Source: Nibricoccus sp. (GTDB lineage Bacteria > Verrucomicrobiota > Verrucomicrobiia > Opitutales > Opitutaceae). From it: DNA of 64,000 nt. Shown piece after piece: positions 1 through 10,423 of the stretch (position 1 is its first letter; each line of letters opens with the position of its first letter). The stretch covers positions 3,840,001-3,904,000 of the forward strand of contig JASGHG010000001.1 of assembly GCA_047602425.1 (NCBI GenBank), written 5' to 3'. The notes beneath the pieces are model-generated. The model did no database searches. It was not told the origin of the DNA and saw only the letters and a list, made by a program, of their open reading frames with translations. Both the position numbers and the translations under genes were made by a program.

Positions 1-130
1 CGTAGGGACTTTTTCCGGCGGCGACGATGCCGGCGTCTCCGCGGACAAACAGACGCTGGGCCGAGGCGGTGCCAGCCGTGGCCGCGAGGGAAAGGATTAA
101 CAACGCAATTTTATTCAGGTGTGTTTTCAT
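1..130 (-). CDS. 5' part of an exported protein (runs off window start)
   Basis: ATG at 130; manual translation MKTHLNKIALLILSLAATAGTASAQRLFVRGDAG, a typical signal peptide with ASA cleavage site. Confidence 0.6.
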   Translation of the reverse strand, partial: MKTHLNKIALLILSLAATAGTASAQRLFVRGDAGIVAAGKSPY

Positions 131-274
131 GTGAACACGCTGAACATAGCGATTCGCACGCGGGCTGTCTTGCCGCCGTCCATTGGTGGGCATTTTGGCG
201 GATGGCTGGGTTAAACCGCGGGATGGATGGCGGCGCCATGCACCCCGAAGCCGCACGTGGGACTGTGTTGCCTC

Positions 275-1255
275 TTACTTTTGCGTGACGCCGGCTTCTT
301 CGTAGACGCCGAGATGGCGGTAGCGTTCGTAGCGGGTATCGAGCAATTGCTCGGCCGAGAGCGCACGCAGGTCGTTCAAATGCTTGATCAGCGAATACCT
401 GAGAGCCTCGGCGGATTGCTTGGGATCGTTATGGGCGCCGCCAAATGGTTCGGCAATGACCTCGTCGACCACGCCAAGTTTTTCGAGGTGATCGGCATTG
501 AGCTTGAGAGCATCGGCCGCTTGCGGCGCGTTGGCACGGTCCTTCCAAAGAATGGCGGCGCAGCCCTCGGGCGAAATGACGGAGTAGTAACTGTTTTCGA
601 AAATGAGCACGCGGTCGGTCACGCCGATGCCGAGCGCACCGCCGGACCCGCCTTCGCCGACGACGACACCGATGGACGGCACGCGCAGCATGGCCATTTC
701 GCGAAGATTGATGGCGATGGCTTCAGAGACGTGGCGCTCTTCGGATTCGATGCCGGGGAAAGCTCCGGGCGTGTCGATGAAAGTGATGACGGGCAGGCCG
801 AACTTTTCCGCGAGACGCATGAGACGCAGGGCTTTTCTATAACCTTCCGGTTGAGGCATACCGAAGTTGCGCAAGATGTTTTCCTTGGTGTCGCGGCCTT
901 TTTGTTGCGCGACAATCATCACAGGCTGCCCTTCAAAAAACGCAGTGCCGCCGATCAAAGCGCGGTCATCGTTATACTGGCGGTCACCATGGAGCTCCTG
1001 GAAATTTTCGCAGAGCAACTCGACATAATCGAGCGCGTAGGGACGCTTCGGATGACGGGCGATTTGTACCTTTTGCCAGGGTGAGAGACTGGAATAAATT
1101 TCGCGCTGCGTGGCGGCGATCTTGCGCTCAATGGCGGCGATTTCGTCGGAAAGATCGAGTTTGTTTTCCTCGGAACGCTGCCGCAGTTGATCGAGCTGGG
1201 CACTGAGTTCGCGCAGCGGTTTTTCGAATTCTAGCGTGTAGATCGGTTTTTCCAT
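275..1255 (-). CDS. accA: Acetyl-CoA carboxylase carboxyltransferase alpha subunit
   Basis: LEFEKP, ARHPKRP, ELHGDR, FGMPQPEGYRKA, GEGGSGGA, YSVISPEGCAAILW; start taken at MEKP. Confidence 0.97.
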   Translation of the reverse strand: MEKPIYTLEFEKPLRELSAQLDQLRQRSEENKLDLSDEIAAIERKIAATQREIYSSLSPWQKVQIARHPKRPYALDYVELLCENFQELHGDRQYNDDRALIGGTAFFEGQPVMIVAQQKGRDTKENILRNFGMPQPEGYRKALRLMRLAEKFGLPVITFIDTPGAFPGIESEERHVSEAIAINLREMAMLRVPSIGVVVGEGGSGGALGIGVTDRVLIFENSYYSVISPEGCAAILWKDRANAPQAADALKLNADHLEKLGVVDEVIAEPFGGAHNDPKQSAEALRYSLIKHLNDLRALSAEQLLDTRYERYRHLGVYEEAGVTQK

Positions 1256-1382
1256 TCGCGCGCAGGTTAATGGGCAGGGCCCGGGTGTCAAACAGCCGCG
1301 CGGCATGGGAATTCAGTTGGAGATTGTAATATCCAAACTGCCTGTCTCTAAATATGCTAAATACCCAAAACAACTATTTCCC

Positions 1383-1961
1383 ATGATCGACCAACTATCC
1401 AGCTGGTGGGGCGGTTTAACGGATGCGCAGCAGGTTTTTTACGGCATCGGGCTCCTGGCCGGCCTTGTTTCGGTCATTCTGGCTGCGCTCGCTTTCCTTG
1501 GCATGGAACATCACGACGCGGTGGACGCGGTCGGCGCCGACTTCGATCATGGCGGCGGCGGCATCTTTTCGGTAAAACCGCTGACCGGTTTCTTCCTAGG
1601 CTTTGGTTGGGCGGGCGGGTTGGCATTAAAGGCTGGTTTGATTTTGCCGATGGCGGTTGTCGTGGCAATGGCTTCCGGCGGTACAATCATGGGACTGATC
1701 ATCCTGATGTTTCGCGCGATCTACTCGATGCGCAGCGACGGCACGATGCGTCCGGAGGAAACCGTGGGCGCGATTGGCACCGTTTATGTGACTCTGCCTC
1801 CGGCCCGCGCCGCAGGCGGGCAGGTGATTGTGAATTTTTCCGGCCGACAGGAGACGTTTTCGGCGCTCAACACCAGCGATCGTCTGCTTCCCAGTGGCGA
1901 AAAGATCAAGGTCGTGCAGGTCATCGATTCACGCACGCTCCTCGTCGAACCATTGGCCTGA
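1383..1961 (+). CDS. NfeD/YuaF-like membrane protein with C-terminal OB fold
   Basis: Three hydrophobic segments, then VGAIGTVYVTLP...GQV..KIKVVQV OB-fold pattern; directly upstream of a flotillin. Confidence 0.8.
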   Translation: MIDQLSSWWGGLTDAQQVFYGIGLLAGLVSVILAALAFLGMEHHDAVDAVGADFDHGGGGIFSVKPLTGFFLGFGWAGGLALKAGLILPMAVVVAMASGGTIMGLIILMFRAIYSMRSDGTMRPEETVGAIGTVYVTLPPARAAGGQVIVNFSGRQETFSALNTSDRLLPSGEKIKVVQVIDSRTLLVEPLA

Positions 1962-2003
1962 TACAGATCGGGCGGAGTTTTTTTATCCAGCTTATTGAAT
2001 CCC

Positions 2004-3509
2004 ATGAATATTGTACCAATCGCACTCATTGCATTCGGAGTTATATTTATTTTTATCATAGCGACGACCTTGATCGCGCGCTATCGCATGTGTCCACCGG
2101 ACCGGATATTGGTGGTGTACGGCAAACTCTCCAACGGCCTTTCGTCGCGTTGCTACCACGGCGGTTCGACCTTCGTTATACCGTTCTTCCAGAGCTACGG
2201 TTACCTCGACCTGACGCCAATGAATCTGGAGATCGAACTCAAGGGTGCGCTCTCCAGCCAGAACATCCGTATCGATGCGCCAGCCGCATTTACAATCGGT
2301 ATATCGACCGATCCGGAGGTGATGCAAAACGCGGCTACGCGTTTGCTCGGTCGCAACCTCGACGAAGTGCAGCAACTCGCTTCCGAAATCATCATGGGCC
2401 AGATGCGCGTGGTCTTCGCCTCGATGACGATCGAGGAAATCAACAACGACCGCGAAAAACTGATCGCTGCCATCACCAAGGGCGTGGAGGTCGAACTCCA
2501 TAAAATCGGCCTACGGATGATCAACGGCAACATTCGCGACATCAAAGATCTTTCTGGCTATATCGATGCGTTGGGCAAGGAAGCCGCGGCCAAGGCAATC
2601 AACGATGCGCAGATCAAGGTCGCGCAGGAAAATCAGCGCGGCGCGATCGGTCGAGCCGAAGCCGAGCGCGAGCAGGCCATTCGCGTGGCCACGGCCCAGG
2701 CCGAGGCGCGCAAGGGCCAGAATACCGCACAGGTCGTTATCGCCAAATCCGATGCCGATCTTGCCTCCGAGCAGGCTGAAGCCAAGCGCCGTGTCGAGGC
2801 CGCGCAAAAAGTCGCCGAGGCCCGCGCTTTGCAGGAAGGTTACAAGGCACAGCAGGAAGCCGAACTCGCCCGCGCTTCGCGCGAAAAAGCGCAGCAGCAG
2901 GCCGATCAAATTGTGAAGGCGGAAATCGAAAAGGAACGCATCCGCATCGATGCCGAAGCGAAGGCCGCACAGGCGAAGATCATGCAGGAAGGCCAGTCGG
3001 CCGCGTACGTTATCCAAAAGGAAGCTGAAGGCGAAGGCGCGAAACGCCTCGCGGAAGGCGAGGCAGCGGGTATCCGGGCCAAACTTACAGCGGAGGCTTC
3101 CGGTATTCAGGCGAAACTCACCGCCGAAGCCGAAGGCACGCGCGCGCTGCTCGATGCGAAGTCACAAGGTTTCGAAAAACTGCTGCGAGTCGCACAGGAC
3201 ACCAGCGGCGCCACGCAGCTGCTCATTGCGGAAAACATCGTGCGCATCGCCGAAATTCAGGCCGGTGCGATCAAGGGACTGCAGTTTGAGAAGGTGGTCG
3301 TGATGGGTGGCAGTGGCGCTCAGGCGGCGGGTCCCGGACAATTTGTGCAGGACCTTTATAAGGGTGTTTTGCCGATCAACGAACTGGCAAAGAGCGTGGG
3401 ACTTAACCTACCAGCTTTTTTGGGTAACACCAACTCAGCGAGCCCGGCCGCCGGATCAACGGAGTCCCATGCACCGTCGAGCCAGGAGGGAACCAAAAGC
3501 AAAGCCTAA
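2004..3509 (+). CDS. Flotillin family SPFH protein
   Basis: N-terminal TM, SPFH domain (YHGGSTFVIP, GQMRVVFASMTIEEINNDR, GYIDALG), long AEA-rich coiled coil. Confidence 0.92.
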   Translation: MNIVPIALIAFGVIFIFIIATTLIARYRMCPPDRILVVYGKLSNGLSSRCYHGGSTFVIPFFQSYGYLDLTPMNLEIELKGALSSQNIRIDAPAAFTIGISTDPEVMQNAATRLLGRNLDEVQQLASEIIMGQMRVVFASMTIEEINNDREKLIAAITKGVEVELHKIGLRMINGNIRDIKDLSGYIDALGKEAAAKAINDAQIKVAQENQRGAIGRAEAEREQAIRVATAQAEARKGQNTAQVVIAKSDADLASEQAEAKRRVEAAQKVAEARALQEGYKAQQEAELARASREKAQQQADQIVKAEIEKERIRIDAEAKAAQAKIMQEGQSAAYVIQKEAEGEGAKRLAEGEAAGIRAKLTAEASGIQAKLTAEAEGTRALLDAKSQGFEKLLRVAQDTSGATQLLIAENIVRIAEIQAGAIKGLQFEKVVVMGGSGAQAAGPGQFVQDLYKGVLPINELAKSVGLNLPAFLGNTNSASPAAGSTESHAPSSQEGTKSKA

Positions 3510-3533
3510 TTGGCCTTAAACTTTTAAAGAGCG

Positions 3534-3565
3534 AAGCCCGTTGCGTTTGCAGCGGGCTTTTTTAT
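3534..3565 (+). terminator. Intrinsic terminator
   Basis: AAGCCCGTTGC-GTTT-GCAGCGGGCTT followed by a T run. Confidence 0.8.
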
Positions 3566-3650
3566 TCAGCACGCGCGGAAAGTTGCGCTTTGGCTGGGTG
3601 TCAGGCGTTGGAGGCTTGAGTCAGGGCTGGCGGTTTGTGAGGATCGCGAC

Positions 3651-5537
3651 GTGATTTCCCCCAATGATTGGCTTTTGAGCCCAAGGCGCGACTTTCTCGG
3701 ACAAGCGTTGTTTGTTTTGCTGGCGGTATTGATTGGGTGCGTTTTGCCGGCACATCTATCGGCCGCGCCGCAGTGGCGTGTGCTGGAAACACCGAGATTC
3801 ACCGTGGTTTCCCAACTTTCCGAAAGAGAAACGCGGGCGTGGGCGGAGGAGTTCAACCAGTTCATAGATGCATTGAGCCAGGTCATCACGGTCAACGAAA
3901 AGCTCCTGCCTCGACTCACGGTGGTGATGTTTGCGAAGGAAAAAGATTTTCGCGGTTATCTCCCCAAGAATCTGGAAAAGAAGCATGAGAAGATCTCGGG
4001 ATTTTTCACGCGATTCGAGACTTGGGGCGTTATTGGCATGAAAGATTTGAGTGAGGATGCCGACACCCGCGAAACAATTTATCACGAAGGCGTTCACTGG
4101 ATGCTAAGCGCTTTTTCGAAGAAAATTCCCCTTTGTATCAACGAGGGTTTGGCTGAGGTGTTTTCATCGTTTCAAGCGGTCAAGGGCGAAGCGCAGTGGG
4201 GGCAGCCGATTCCCAGCCGTTTGGCGCGGTTGCACGGTTCGGGAAGCCAGCTCATTTCAACCAAGGAGCTCCTGCATGCCACGCCGGATGGGCAAAATTA
4301 CAACGAGGAAGACCGGGTCAGCGTCTTTTACGCGAAGTCGTGGCTTTTGGTGCATTACATGATGTTTGGCAAACGCGAGGGCGCGCGGTCCGCCTTGAAC
4401 GATTTTCTCAATGCGAATTCAGGCGACCTGTCGCTGGACGAAGCTTTTGAAAAGGGGTTTGGAATGAAGTACGAGAAGATGGACCTCGAACTTGGGAAGT
4501 ATCTCCGCGACGGGAAATATAGTCTGGGCATGCAGAAGTTCGACTCCCACGGGAAACTCCAGGGGGCGTTTTTACCCGCGTCGCAGGCTGAAGTGGAAAT
4601 AGCACTGGCAAAGCTGGCGAGCGCAGCGGGACGCCAGGAAGCGGGCTTGGCTCATGCCGAGGCGGCTATTCGCCTCGCTCCGGGCAAACCAGAGTGTTGG
4701 GACACGCTGGCTGGTTTGCAAAGCATCAGCAGCGAGGAAGGCGGTTATGAAGCCGCCAAAAAGGCGGTGGTGCTTGGTTCGAAAGACGCGATGAGCTACA
4801 TCATTGTCACGCAACAACGGACGCAGCTCGCGGCTGCCGCCGGAGATATACCGGACAACGAGACGCGGGAGATTGCCGATCACTTGGAGAAGGGCATCGC
4901 GGTGAACCCGTATTACCAGAGGTTCTATCGTTCGCTTGCGAGAACCATGGCGAACCTCAAACGGTACACGGACGCCGACGTGCAAGCACTGCAACAAGGG
5001 CTCACTTTTTTTCCGAATGAACCCATCCTCTATGTGGGTTTGGCGTATATTGCGGATGGCTCTGGCGACAGCGCGACGGCGTGGAAACTCCTTTCACGAG
5101 CGCTGGCCAATCGCGAGAAACTGGATGCGCGCGATTGGGGCATAGCCCAGGACCTGAAAAAACGTTGGATCTTGAACGATGTTAAAGTCCGGATCGCCCC
5201 CATGGCGGAACGTGGCAAAGCCAGGGAGGCGCTGGAGATGGTGGATAGTTATATGAAGGACCCCGACGCGGGCAGTTCGCTCCGGGAAGAACTGCAAACC
5301 CTGCGCGAACCTATGGCCCTGCGTGCCAAATATGCTCGGGCCCAGGAAGCGATCAAAGGGGGACGCCGGGACGAGGCGCGCGAGCTCTTGGAGGAAGTGG
5401 CGCAAGCCGCTAAATCGACGTACCAACTCAAGCTGGACGCATGCGATCAGATTATGTTGTTGGATAAAATTGAGGCGAACGAGCGAAAGCAGAAGCGGGA
5501 GGCGGCTGAACGTGAACCTCGGGCGGGAGGAGGATAA
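3651..5537 (+). CDS. Secreted HExxH (gluzincin/DUF1570-like) protein with TPR-like C-terminus
   Basis: Signal peptide; IYHEGVHW ... INEGLAE motif; helical Ala/Leu repeats; start uncertain. Confidence 0.7.
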   Translation: MISPNDWLLSPRRDFLGQALFVLLAVLIGCVLPAHLSAAPQWRVLETPRFTVVSQLSERETRAWAEEFNQFIDALSQVITVNEKLLPRLTVVMFAKEKDFRGYLPKNLEKKHEKISGFFTRFETWGVIGMKDLSEDADTRETIYHEGVHWMLSAFSKKIPLCINEGLAEVFSSFQAVKGEAQWGQPIPSRLARLHGSGSQLISTKELLHATPDGQNYNEEDRVSVFYAKSWLLVHYMMFGKREGARSALNDFLNANSGDLSLDEAFEKGFGMKYEKMDLELGKYLRDGKYSLGMQKFDSHGKLQGAFLPASQAEVEIALAKLASAAGRQEAGLAHAEAAIRLAPGKPECWDTLAGLQSISSEEGGYEAAKKAVVLGSKDAMSYIIVTQQRTQLAAAAGDIPDNETREIADHLEKGIAVNPYYQRFYRSLARTMANLKRYTDADVQALQQGLTFFPNEPILYVGLAYIADGSGDSATAWKLLSRALANREKLDARDWGIAQDLKKRWILNDVKVRIAPMAERGKAREALEMVDSYMKDPDAGSSLREELQTLREPMALRAKYARAQEAIKGGRRDEARELLEEVAQAAKSTYQLKLDACDQIMLLDKIEANERKQKREAAEREPRAGGG

Positions 5538-5555
5538 ACATCTTGTCCATTGGAA

Positions 5556-5587
5556 ATAAAAAAGGCGCCGCATGCATGCGGCGCCTT
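5556..5587. terminator. Terminator between convergent genes
   Basis: Perfect palindrome AAGGCGCCGCATG/CATGCGGCGCCTT preceded by an A run (U tail on - strand). Confidence 0.75.
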
Positions 5588-5619
5588 GGGTGAAAGGGGT
5601 GGTTAGGGTTTTGCTGGCC

Positions 5620-6132
5620 TCAGGCGGCGGGGACGATGCGGATGCTTTCGATGGCCACCCGTTCGATCGGCGTGCTGCGTTCCGGGCCGGAGCAGGGGAC
5701 GGTGGCGAGACGTTCGAGGACGTCGTCACCGGCGGTGAGCTGACCGAAAGCGGTATACTGCTTGTCGAGGAAACGTGCGTCGCCGTGGCAGATGAAGAAC
5801 TGGCTGCCAGCGGAATCCGGGTGAGCTGAACGGGCCATCGAGACAACGCCGCGCACGTGGGGCTTGGCGTTGAATTCGGCTTTGATCTGGTAGCCGGGAC
5901 CACCGGTGCCGGGCATGCCTTTGCCGCCGACCTTGGTGTTGGGGCAGCCGCCTTGGATCATGAAGCCTTTGATGATGCGGTGAAACGCCGTGCCGTCATA
6001 AAAACCTTCACGGGCGAGTTTCTTGAAGTTTTCAACTGTCTTGGGAGCGACGTCGGGCCAGAAGGCGAGGGTGATTTCGCCATAGGCGGTTTTGATAATC
6101 GCAGTTTCGTTGGCAGTGGCGGGTGTACTCAT
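5620..6132 (-). CDS. Cyclophilin-type peptidyl-prolyl cis-trans isomerase
   Basis: APKTVENF, FYDGTAFHRIIKGFMIQGG, SMAR, SAGSQFFI, YTAFG. Confidence 0.95.
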   Translation of the reverse strand: MSTPATANETAIIKTAYGEITLAFWPDVAPKTVENFKKLAREGFYDGTAFHRIIKGFMIQGGCPNTKVGGKGMPGTGGPGYQIKAEFNAKPHVRGVVSMARSAHPDSAGSQFFICHGDARFLDKQYTAFGQLTAGDDVLERLATVPCSGPERSTPIERVAIESIRIVPAA

Positions 6133-6235
6133 AAAGGTGCGAACAAGGCCCGGGAAACGTTTTCGCGCAAGCAGATTTCCGCCATTGCCCCGCGCGGGTC
6201 GACCTGCCACAGATGTCCGCGCTTATCGTTTTCCC

Positions 6236-7675
6236 ATGGTCTACTTCCTGATCGGCGCAGTCATCGGTGCCTTCGCCATCTTTCTCTTTTATTTCCGCGC
6301 CCAGCGACAACTGGAGCGATTGCACGCGGAGAAACAGGTCGTGGCCCAGCAGACGCAAATCGTGGTGGAATTTATTCATCACATGGCCGAGGCGCTCGGT
6401 GAGAATCCCCGCAGAGAAGAGCTTTACCAGCGCATTGTGCACGCGTCGATTTTGTGCACCGGGGCGCTCAGCGCATGCATTTTTGAGCGAAGATCAGATA
6501 ACACGATGCGGGGCGCGGCGTTGGAGGGGCTTTTCCCGCCGCACCGTCCGCTGCCGACTTCGGTGAAAGATAAGCTGACTTCGCGCGCGAAGTTCATTGA
6601 GCAGGTTTTGAAGTCCGAAACGTTTCCCGTGGGCGAAGGCGTGGTGGGCCGCGTCGCGGAAACCGGCAAGGCCGAACTCATCGTCGACGCAGCCAGCGAT
6701 CCGCGCGTGGTGAAACACGACGATCCGGCTTTGCAGGTGAAGTCGGTGATCGCGGTGCCGCTGACCTTTCGCGACCGCTTTTTCGGCGTGCTGGCGGTGA
6801 CGAATCCGGCCGACGGCATTCCTTTCAACTCCGTCGATTTTTCCCTCGTGCAATCGCTCGCCGAGCAAGCCGCGCTCGCCCTGCACAACGCCGACCACCT
6901 GAGCTACCAGATCGAAAAGAAGCAGCTCGACATGGATCTCTCTCTGGCGAGTGGTATTCAGCAAATGCTGCTGCCGCGCGAGGCACCGCGAATCAAAGGC
7001 TTCCAAGTCGATGCGCGCTACGTCCCTGAGCAACAAGTGGGCGGCGACTTCTACGATTTATTTGCGCTTTCCGACACACGTCTTGGCGTGGCGGTGGCTG
7101 ACGTATCAGGAAAAGGAATACCGGCGTCACTACTCATGGCGATTTGCCGCACGAATCTCCGACAGATCGCGCCGCGTTTCGAGTCTCCCGCGCGAGTATT
7201 GTCGGAGCTCAATCACGTGTTGAGCGGCGAACTGCGCAAGGATCTCTATATTACGATCACGTATGCGGTGATCGATGCGGCGGAAAACGAAGTGATTTTT
7301 GCCCGTGCGGGCCATGAGTTGCCGCTCTTCATCCGGCATCTGGCCGCGGGCGCGGGCTTGTCGTCTGACTTCGTGGGCGCCGAAGGCATGCCGCTTGGCT
7401 TGGTCGAACCGGAACTTTTCGACGCAGTGATTACGGACCGGCGGGAACCGCTCGGGCCGGGCGACGTGTTTATTCTCTATACCGATGGCATCACGGAAGC
7501 GCCCAACAACGAGGGTCGCGAGTTTTCCGGCGTTCGCCTCTCAGAACGTGTGCGCAGCATTTACACACGCACGGCCAGCCAGATCAACGACGGCATCTTC
7601 GACGCCGTTCGCCGCTTCTCCGGCGGAGCCACGCAACGCGACGATATGACCGTGGTGACCGTCAAACGCGTTTAG
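6236..7675 (+). CDS. GAF domain + PP2C (SpoIIE/RsbU-type) serine phosphatase
   Basis: N-terminal TM; GAF (GEGVVGRVAETG, SVIAVPL); VGGDFYD, ADVSGKG, AGH, LYTDGITEA, DDMT. Confidence 0.9.
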   Translation: MVYFLIGAVIGAFAIFLFYFRAQRQLERLHAEKQVVAQQTQIVVEFIHHMAEALGENPRREELYQRIVHASILCTGALSACIFERRSDNTMRGAALEGLFPPHRPLPTSVKDKLTSRAKFIEQVLKSETFPVGEGVVGRVAETGKAELIVDAASDPRVVKHDDPALQVKSVIAVPLTFRDRFFGVLAVTNPADGIPFNSVDFSLVQSLAEQAALALHNADHLSYQIEKKQLDMDLSLASGIQQMLLPREAPRIKGFQVDARYVPEQQVGGDFYDLFALSDTRLGVAVADVSGKGIPASLLMAICRTNLRQIAPRFESPARVLSELNHVLSGELRKDLYITITYAVIDAAENEVIFARAGHELPLFIRHLAAGAGLSSDFVGAEGMPLGLVEPELFDAVITDRREPLGPGDVFILYTDGITEAPNNEGREFSGVRLSERVRSIYTRTASQINDGIFDAVRRFSGGATQRDDMTVVTVKRV

Positions 7676-7789
7676 GGTTAGGTTGACCGTTGCTCTTTTA
7701 GCTGTGCCCGTCGCTCGCTACGCCCACTGACAGGAAGCCTGCAAAAGCGGTTTGCCTCTGCGCTCAGTGGGCCTTCAGTGTTTCCGCTC

Positions 7790-9013
7790 ATGTCAAAAGC
7801 TCCTGTTTCCAAGATCGATCGTTTCTCACTCCCTGACGCGACTGGCCATTTTGGCGTGTACGGCGGCATCTACGTGCCCGAGACGCTCATGACCGCTTTG
7901 CAGGAGCTCGATCAAGCCTATGAAGCGGCCAAGATTGATCCCCAATTTCAGGCCGAACTGAGCCATCACCTCAAAGAATTCGCCGGACGGCCCACCGAGC
8001 TTTATTTTGCCGAACGTCTGACGAACCACATTGGTGGGGCAAAAATCTATTTCAAACGCGAAGACCTGCTTCACACCGGCGCGCATAAAATCAACAACGC
8101 CCTTGCGCAGGTTTTGCTCGCCCGCCGTATGGGCAAGAAACGCATCATCGCCGAAACGGGTGCCGGCCAGCATGGCGTCGCCACGGCGGCGGCGTGCGCG
8201 AAGTTTGGACTCGAATGCGTCGTCTACATGGGCGCGGTCGACATGGAACGGCAGGCGTTGAATGTTTTTCGCATGCGGCTGATGGGCGCCGAAGTTCGCG
8301 CAGTCGAGGCCGGCCAGAAAACTCTGAAGGAAGCGGTCAACGAGGCCCTGCGCGACTGGGTCACCAACGTCCGCAACACGCACTACGTGCTAGGCACGGC
8401 GTACGGCCCGCATCCATACCCGAAAATGGTGCGCGATTTTCACCGCGTTATCAGTCTGGAGGCGAAGGAACAAATCCTCGCGCGTGAAGGCCGTCTGCCC
8501 GACGAACTCATTGCTTGCGTCGGCGGTGGCAGCAATGCCATTGGCCTCTTCTTCGAATTTCTCGAAGACACGCAGATTCGCATGACCGGCGTCGAAGCGG
8601 GCGGTCGCGGCATCAAGCGCGGCGAGCATGCCGCGCGTTTTGCCGGTGGGCGTTTGGGTGTGTTGCAAGGCTGCAAAACCTATTTGTTGCAGGACGCCGA
8701 TGGTCAAATCGAACCGACCCACTCGGTATCGGCAGGCCTCGATTACGCGGCCGTTGGACCCGAGCACGCGTTTTATCACGAACGTGGCCGGATCGATTTC
8801 GCTTATGCCACCGACGACGAAGTGCTCGCGGCTTTCCAACTCTGCTCGCGCCTCGAAGGCATTATTCCTGCGCTCGAGTCGACCCACGGACTCGCCTACG
8901 CGTTGAAGCGCGCGAAAGAATTACCCAAAGACAAAATCATCATCGCGAGCCTGAGCGGACGCGGGGACAAAGACGTTCAGCAAGTCCAAGTGATGCTCAG
9001 TCGGAAAAGCTGA
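7790..9013 (+). CDS. trpB: Tryptophan synthase beta chain
   Basis: [46 protein letters not shown]. Confidence 0.97.
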   Translation: MSKAPVSKIDRFSLPDATGHFGVYGGIYVPETLMTALQELDQAYEAAKIDPQFQAELSHHLKEFAGRPTELYFAERLTNHIGGAKIYFKREDLLHTGAHKINNALAQVLLARRMGKKRIIAETGAGQHGVATAAACAKFGLECVVYMGAVDMERQALNVFRMRLMGAEVRAVEAGQKTLKEAVNEALRDWVTNVRNTHYVLGTAYGPHPYPKMVRDFHRVISLEAKEQILAREGRLPDELIACVGGGSNAIGLFFEFLEDTQIRMTGVEAGGRGIKRGEHAARFAGGRLGVLQGCKTYLLQDADGQIEPTHSVSAGLDYAAVGPEHAFYHERGRIDFAYATDDEVLAAFQLCSRLEGIIPALESTHGLAYALKRAKELPKDKIIIASLSGRGDKDVQQVQVMLSRKS

Positions 9014-9015
9014 GC

Positions 9016-9482
9016 AAAAATCCCAAAGGCCAAAGGTCCAAACTCCAAAAAATAGTCAATGAGTGAAAAACCAAAGGACTTGGAGGCGAGGACTGAGGAG
9101 TTTGCGGTGGCAGTCAGAACGTTTGTGCGGCGGTTGCCTCGGACCATTTCGAATCTCGAGGACGTCAAACAATTGATCCGTGCGTCTGGTTCGGTTGCGG
9201 CCAACTGCATCGAGGCCAACGAAGCGCTTGGTGATAAAGATCGGGTGATGAAATTTCGCATTTGCCGAAAAGAGGCAAAGGAAAGTCAGCTTTGGCTCCG
9301 ACTTGTCGATTGCAGCGCCGATGCAGCGTTGGACAAGACACGGGCGGAACTTCGCCAAGAGGCACATGAATTGAAGCTCATTTTTTCAGCCATTGTGAAG
9401 AAACTGGAGTGACAATTGGCCTTTTAACGTCGGCGTTTTCCGGTCTTTTTTGGCGTTTGGAATTTTGGAGTTTGTGATTTTT
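9016..9482. repeat. Imperfect 37-bp inverted repeats (9016-9052 / 9446-9482) of ~7-nt CCAAA units enclosing the four-helix-bundle gene
   Basis: 31/37 identity between left arm and reverse complement of right arm by manual alignment. Confidence 0.8.
9059..9412 (+). CDS. Four helix bundle protein (23S rRNA IVP / bAvd-like family)
   Basis: DLEART..FA, QLIRASGSVAANCIEANEA, ICRKEAKES.LWLRL. Confidence 0.9.
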   Translation: MSEKPKDLEARTEEFAVAVRTFVRRLPRTISNLEDVKQLIRASGSVAANCIEANEALGDKDRVMKFRICRKEAKESQLWLRLVDCSADAALDKTRAELRQEAHELKLIFSAIVKKLE

Positions 9483-9506
9483 CATGAATGAAATGGAGTT
9501 TCATTC

Positions 9507-10379
9507 ATGAAAAGCATGACCGGTTTTGGCCGGGCGACTGGGTCGCTCGGAGCACAGACGCTAACGGCGCAAGTGAGTTCGGTGAATCGCAAGACGCTCG
9601 ATCTCACGGTGAAACTTCCCGAGGAATGGGAGTCGCTCGAACCGGCCATCAACGATCTCGTCCGCAAATACGCCGCACGGGGCAAAGTCCACGTCGACCT
9701 GGAACTGACCGGTGCGAAAGGTTCCCAAACAGTGGAATGGGACGAAGCGGTCATGGGAGAAGCGCTCGCAAAGTTGAAGGATTTTGCGACGAAACAGGGC
9801 GTGTCTTTTCTGCCCTCGCCGGAATTGCTGTGGCAGATTGCCAACTCGCAGCGCAAGGCTTCGGAATTACCGACCGCCGAAGTCGCCCAACCGGTCGTGC
9901 TCGCGACGCTGGAAGCAGCGCTCAAAAGCTTCGCTGACATGCGTGCGAAGGAAGGTTCGGCCTTGCTGGCGGATTTTCTCGCGCGCCTGACGATCCTGCA
10001 AAATCACGCGGCGGCTATCGCCGAGCGCGCGCCCCAAGTGCCGAAAAATTATCGCGACCAGCTGATGCAACGCCTGCGTCAGGCCGGGCTGGAACTCGAT
10101 TTGAATGATGAGCGTGTACTCAAGGAAATCGCGCTGTTTGCCGACCGCTGCGACATCGCCGAGGAGCTCACGCGCATGCGCAGTCACTTCGAGCAATTTT
10201 TAGCGCTACTAAAAAGTTCGGGCGAGATCGGCCGCAAATCGGAGTTTATTCTGCAGGAAATGGGCCGTGAGGTGCACACGATGGGCAGCAAGGCCAACGA
10301 TCTGACGATTTCCCGCAACGTGATCGAACTGAAGAACGAACTCGAACGCATCCGCGAACAGATCGCGAATGTGGAGTGA
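9507..10379 (+). CDS. yicC: YicC/YloC family endoribonuclease
   Basis: MKSMTGFG, SVNRK, DIAEELTR, GRK.EFILQEMGRE..T.GSK, REQIANVE. Confidence 0.93.
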   Translation: MKSMTGFGRATGSLGAQTLTAQVSSVNRKTLDLTVKLPEEWESLEPAINDLVRKYAARGKVHVDLELTGAKGSQTVEWDEAVMGEALAKLKDFATKQGVSFLPSPELLWQIANSQRKASELPTAEVAQPVVLATLEAALKSFADMRAKEGSALLADFLARLTILQNHAAAIAERAPQVPKNYRDQLMQRLRQAGLELDLNDERVLKEIALFADRCDIAEELTRMRSHFEQFLALLKSSGEIGRKSEFILQEMGREVHTMGSKANDLTISRNVIELKNELERIREQIANVE

Positions 10380-10423
10380 ATCGATTATTAAGTGCTAGGT
10401 AGGAATATCTCGCGATAAATCAG

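Noticed and set aside
1383..3509. NfeD-flotillin pair as novel
   Set aside because: Well-known conserved operon
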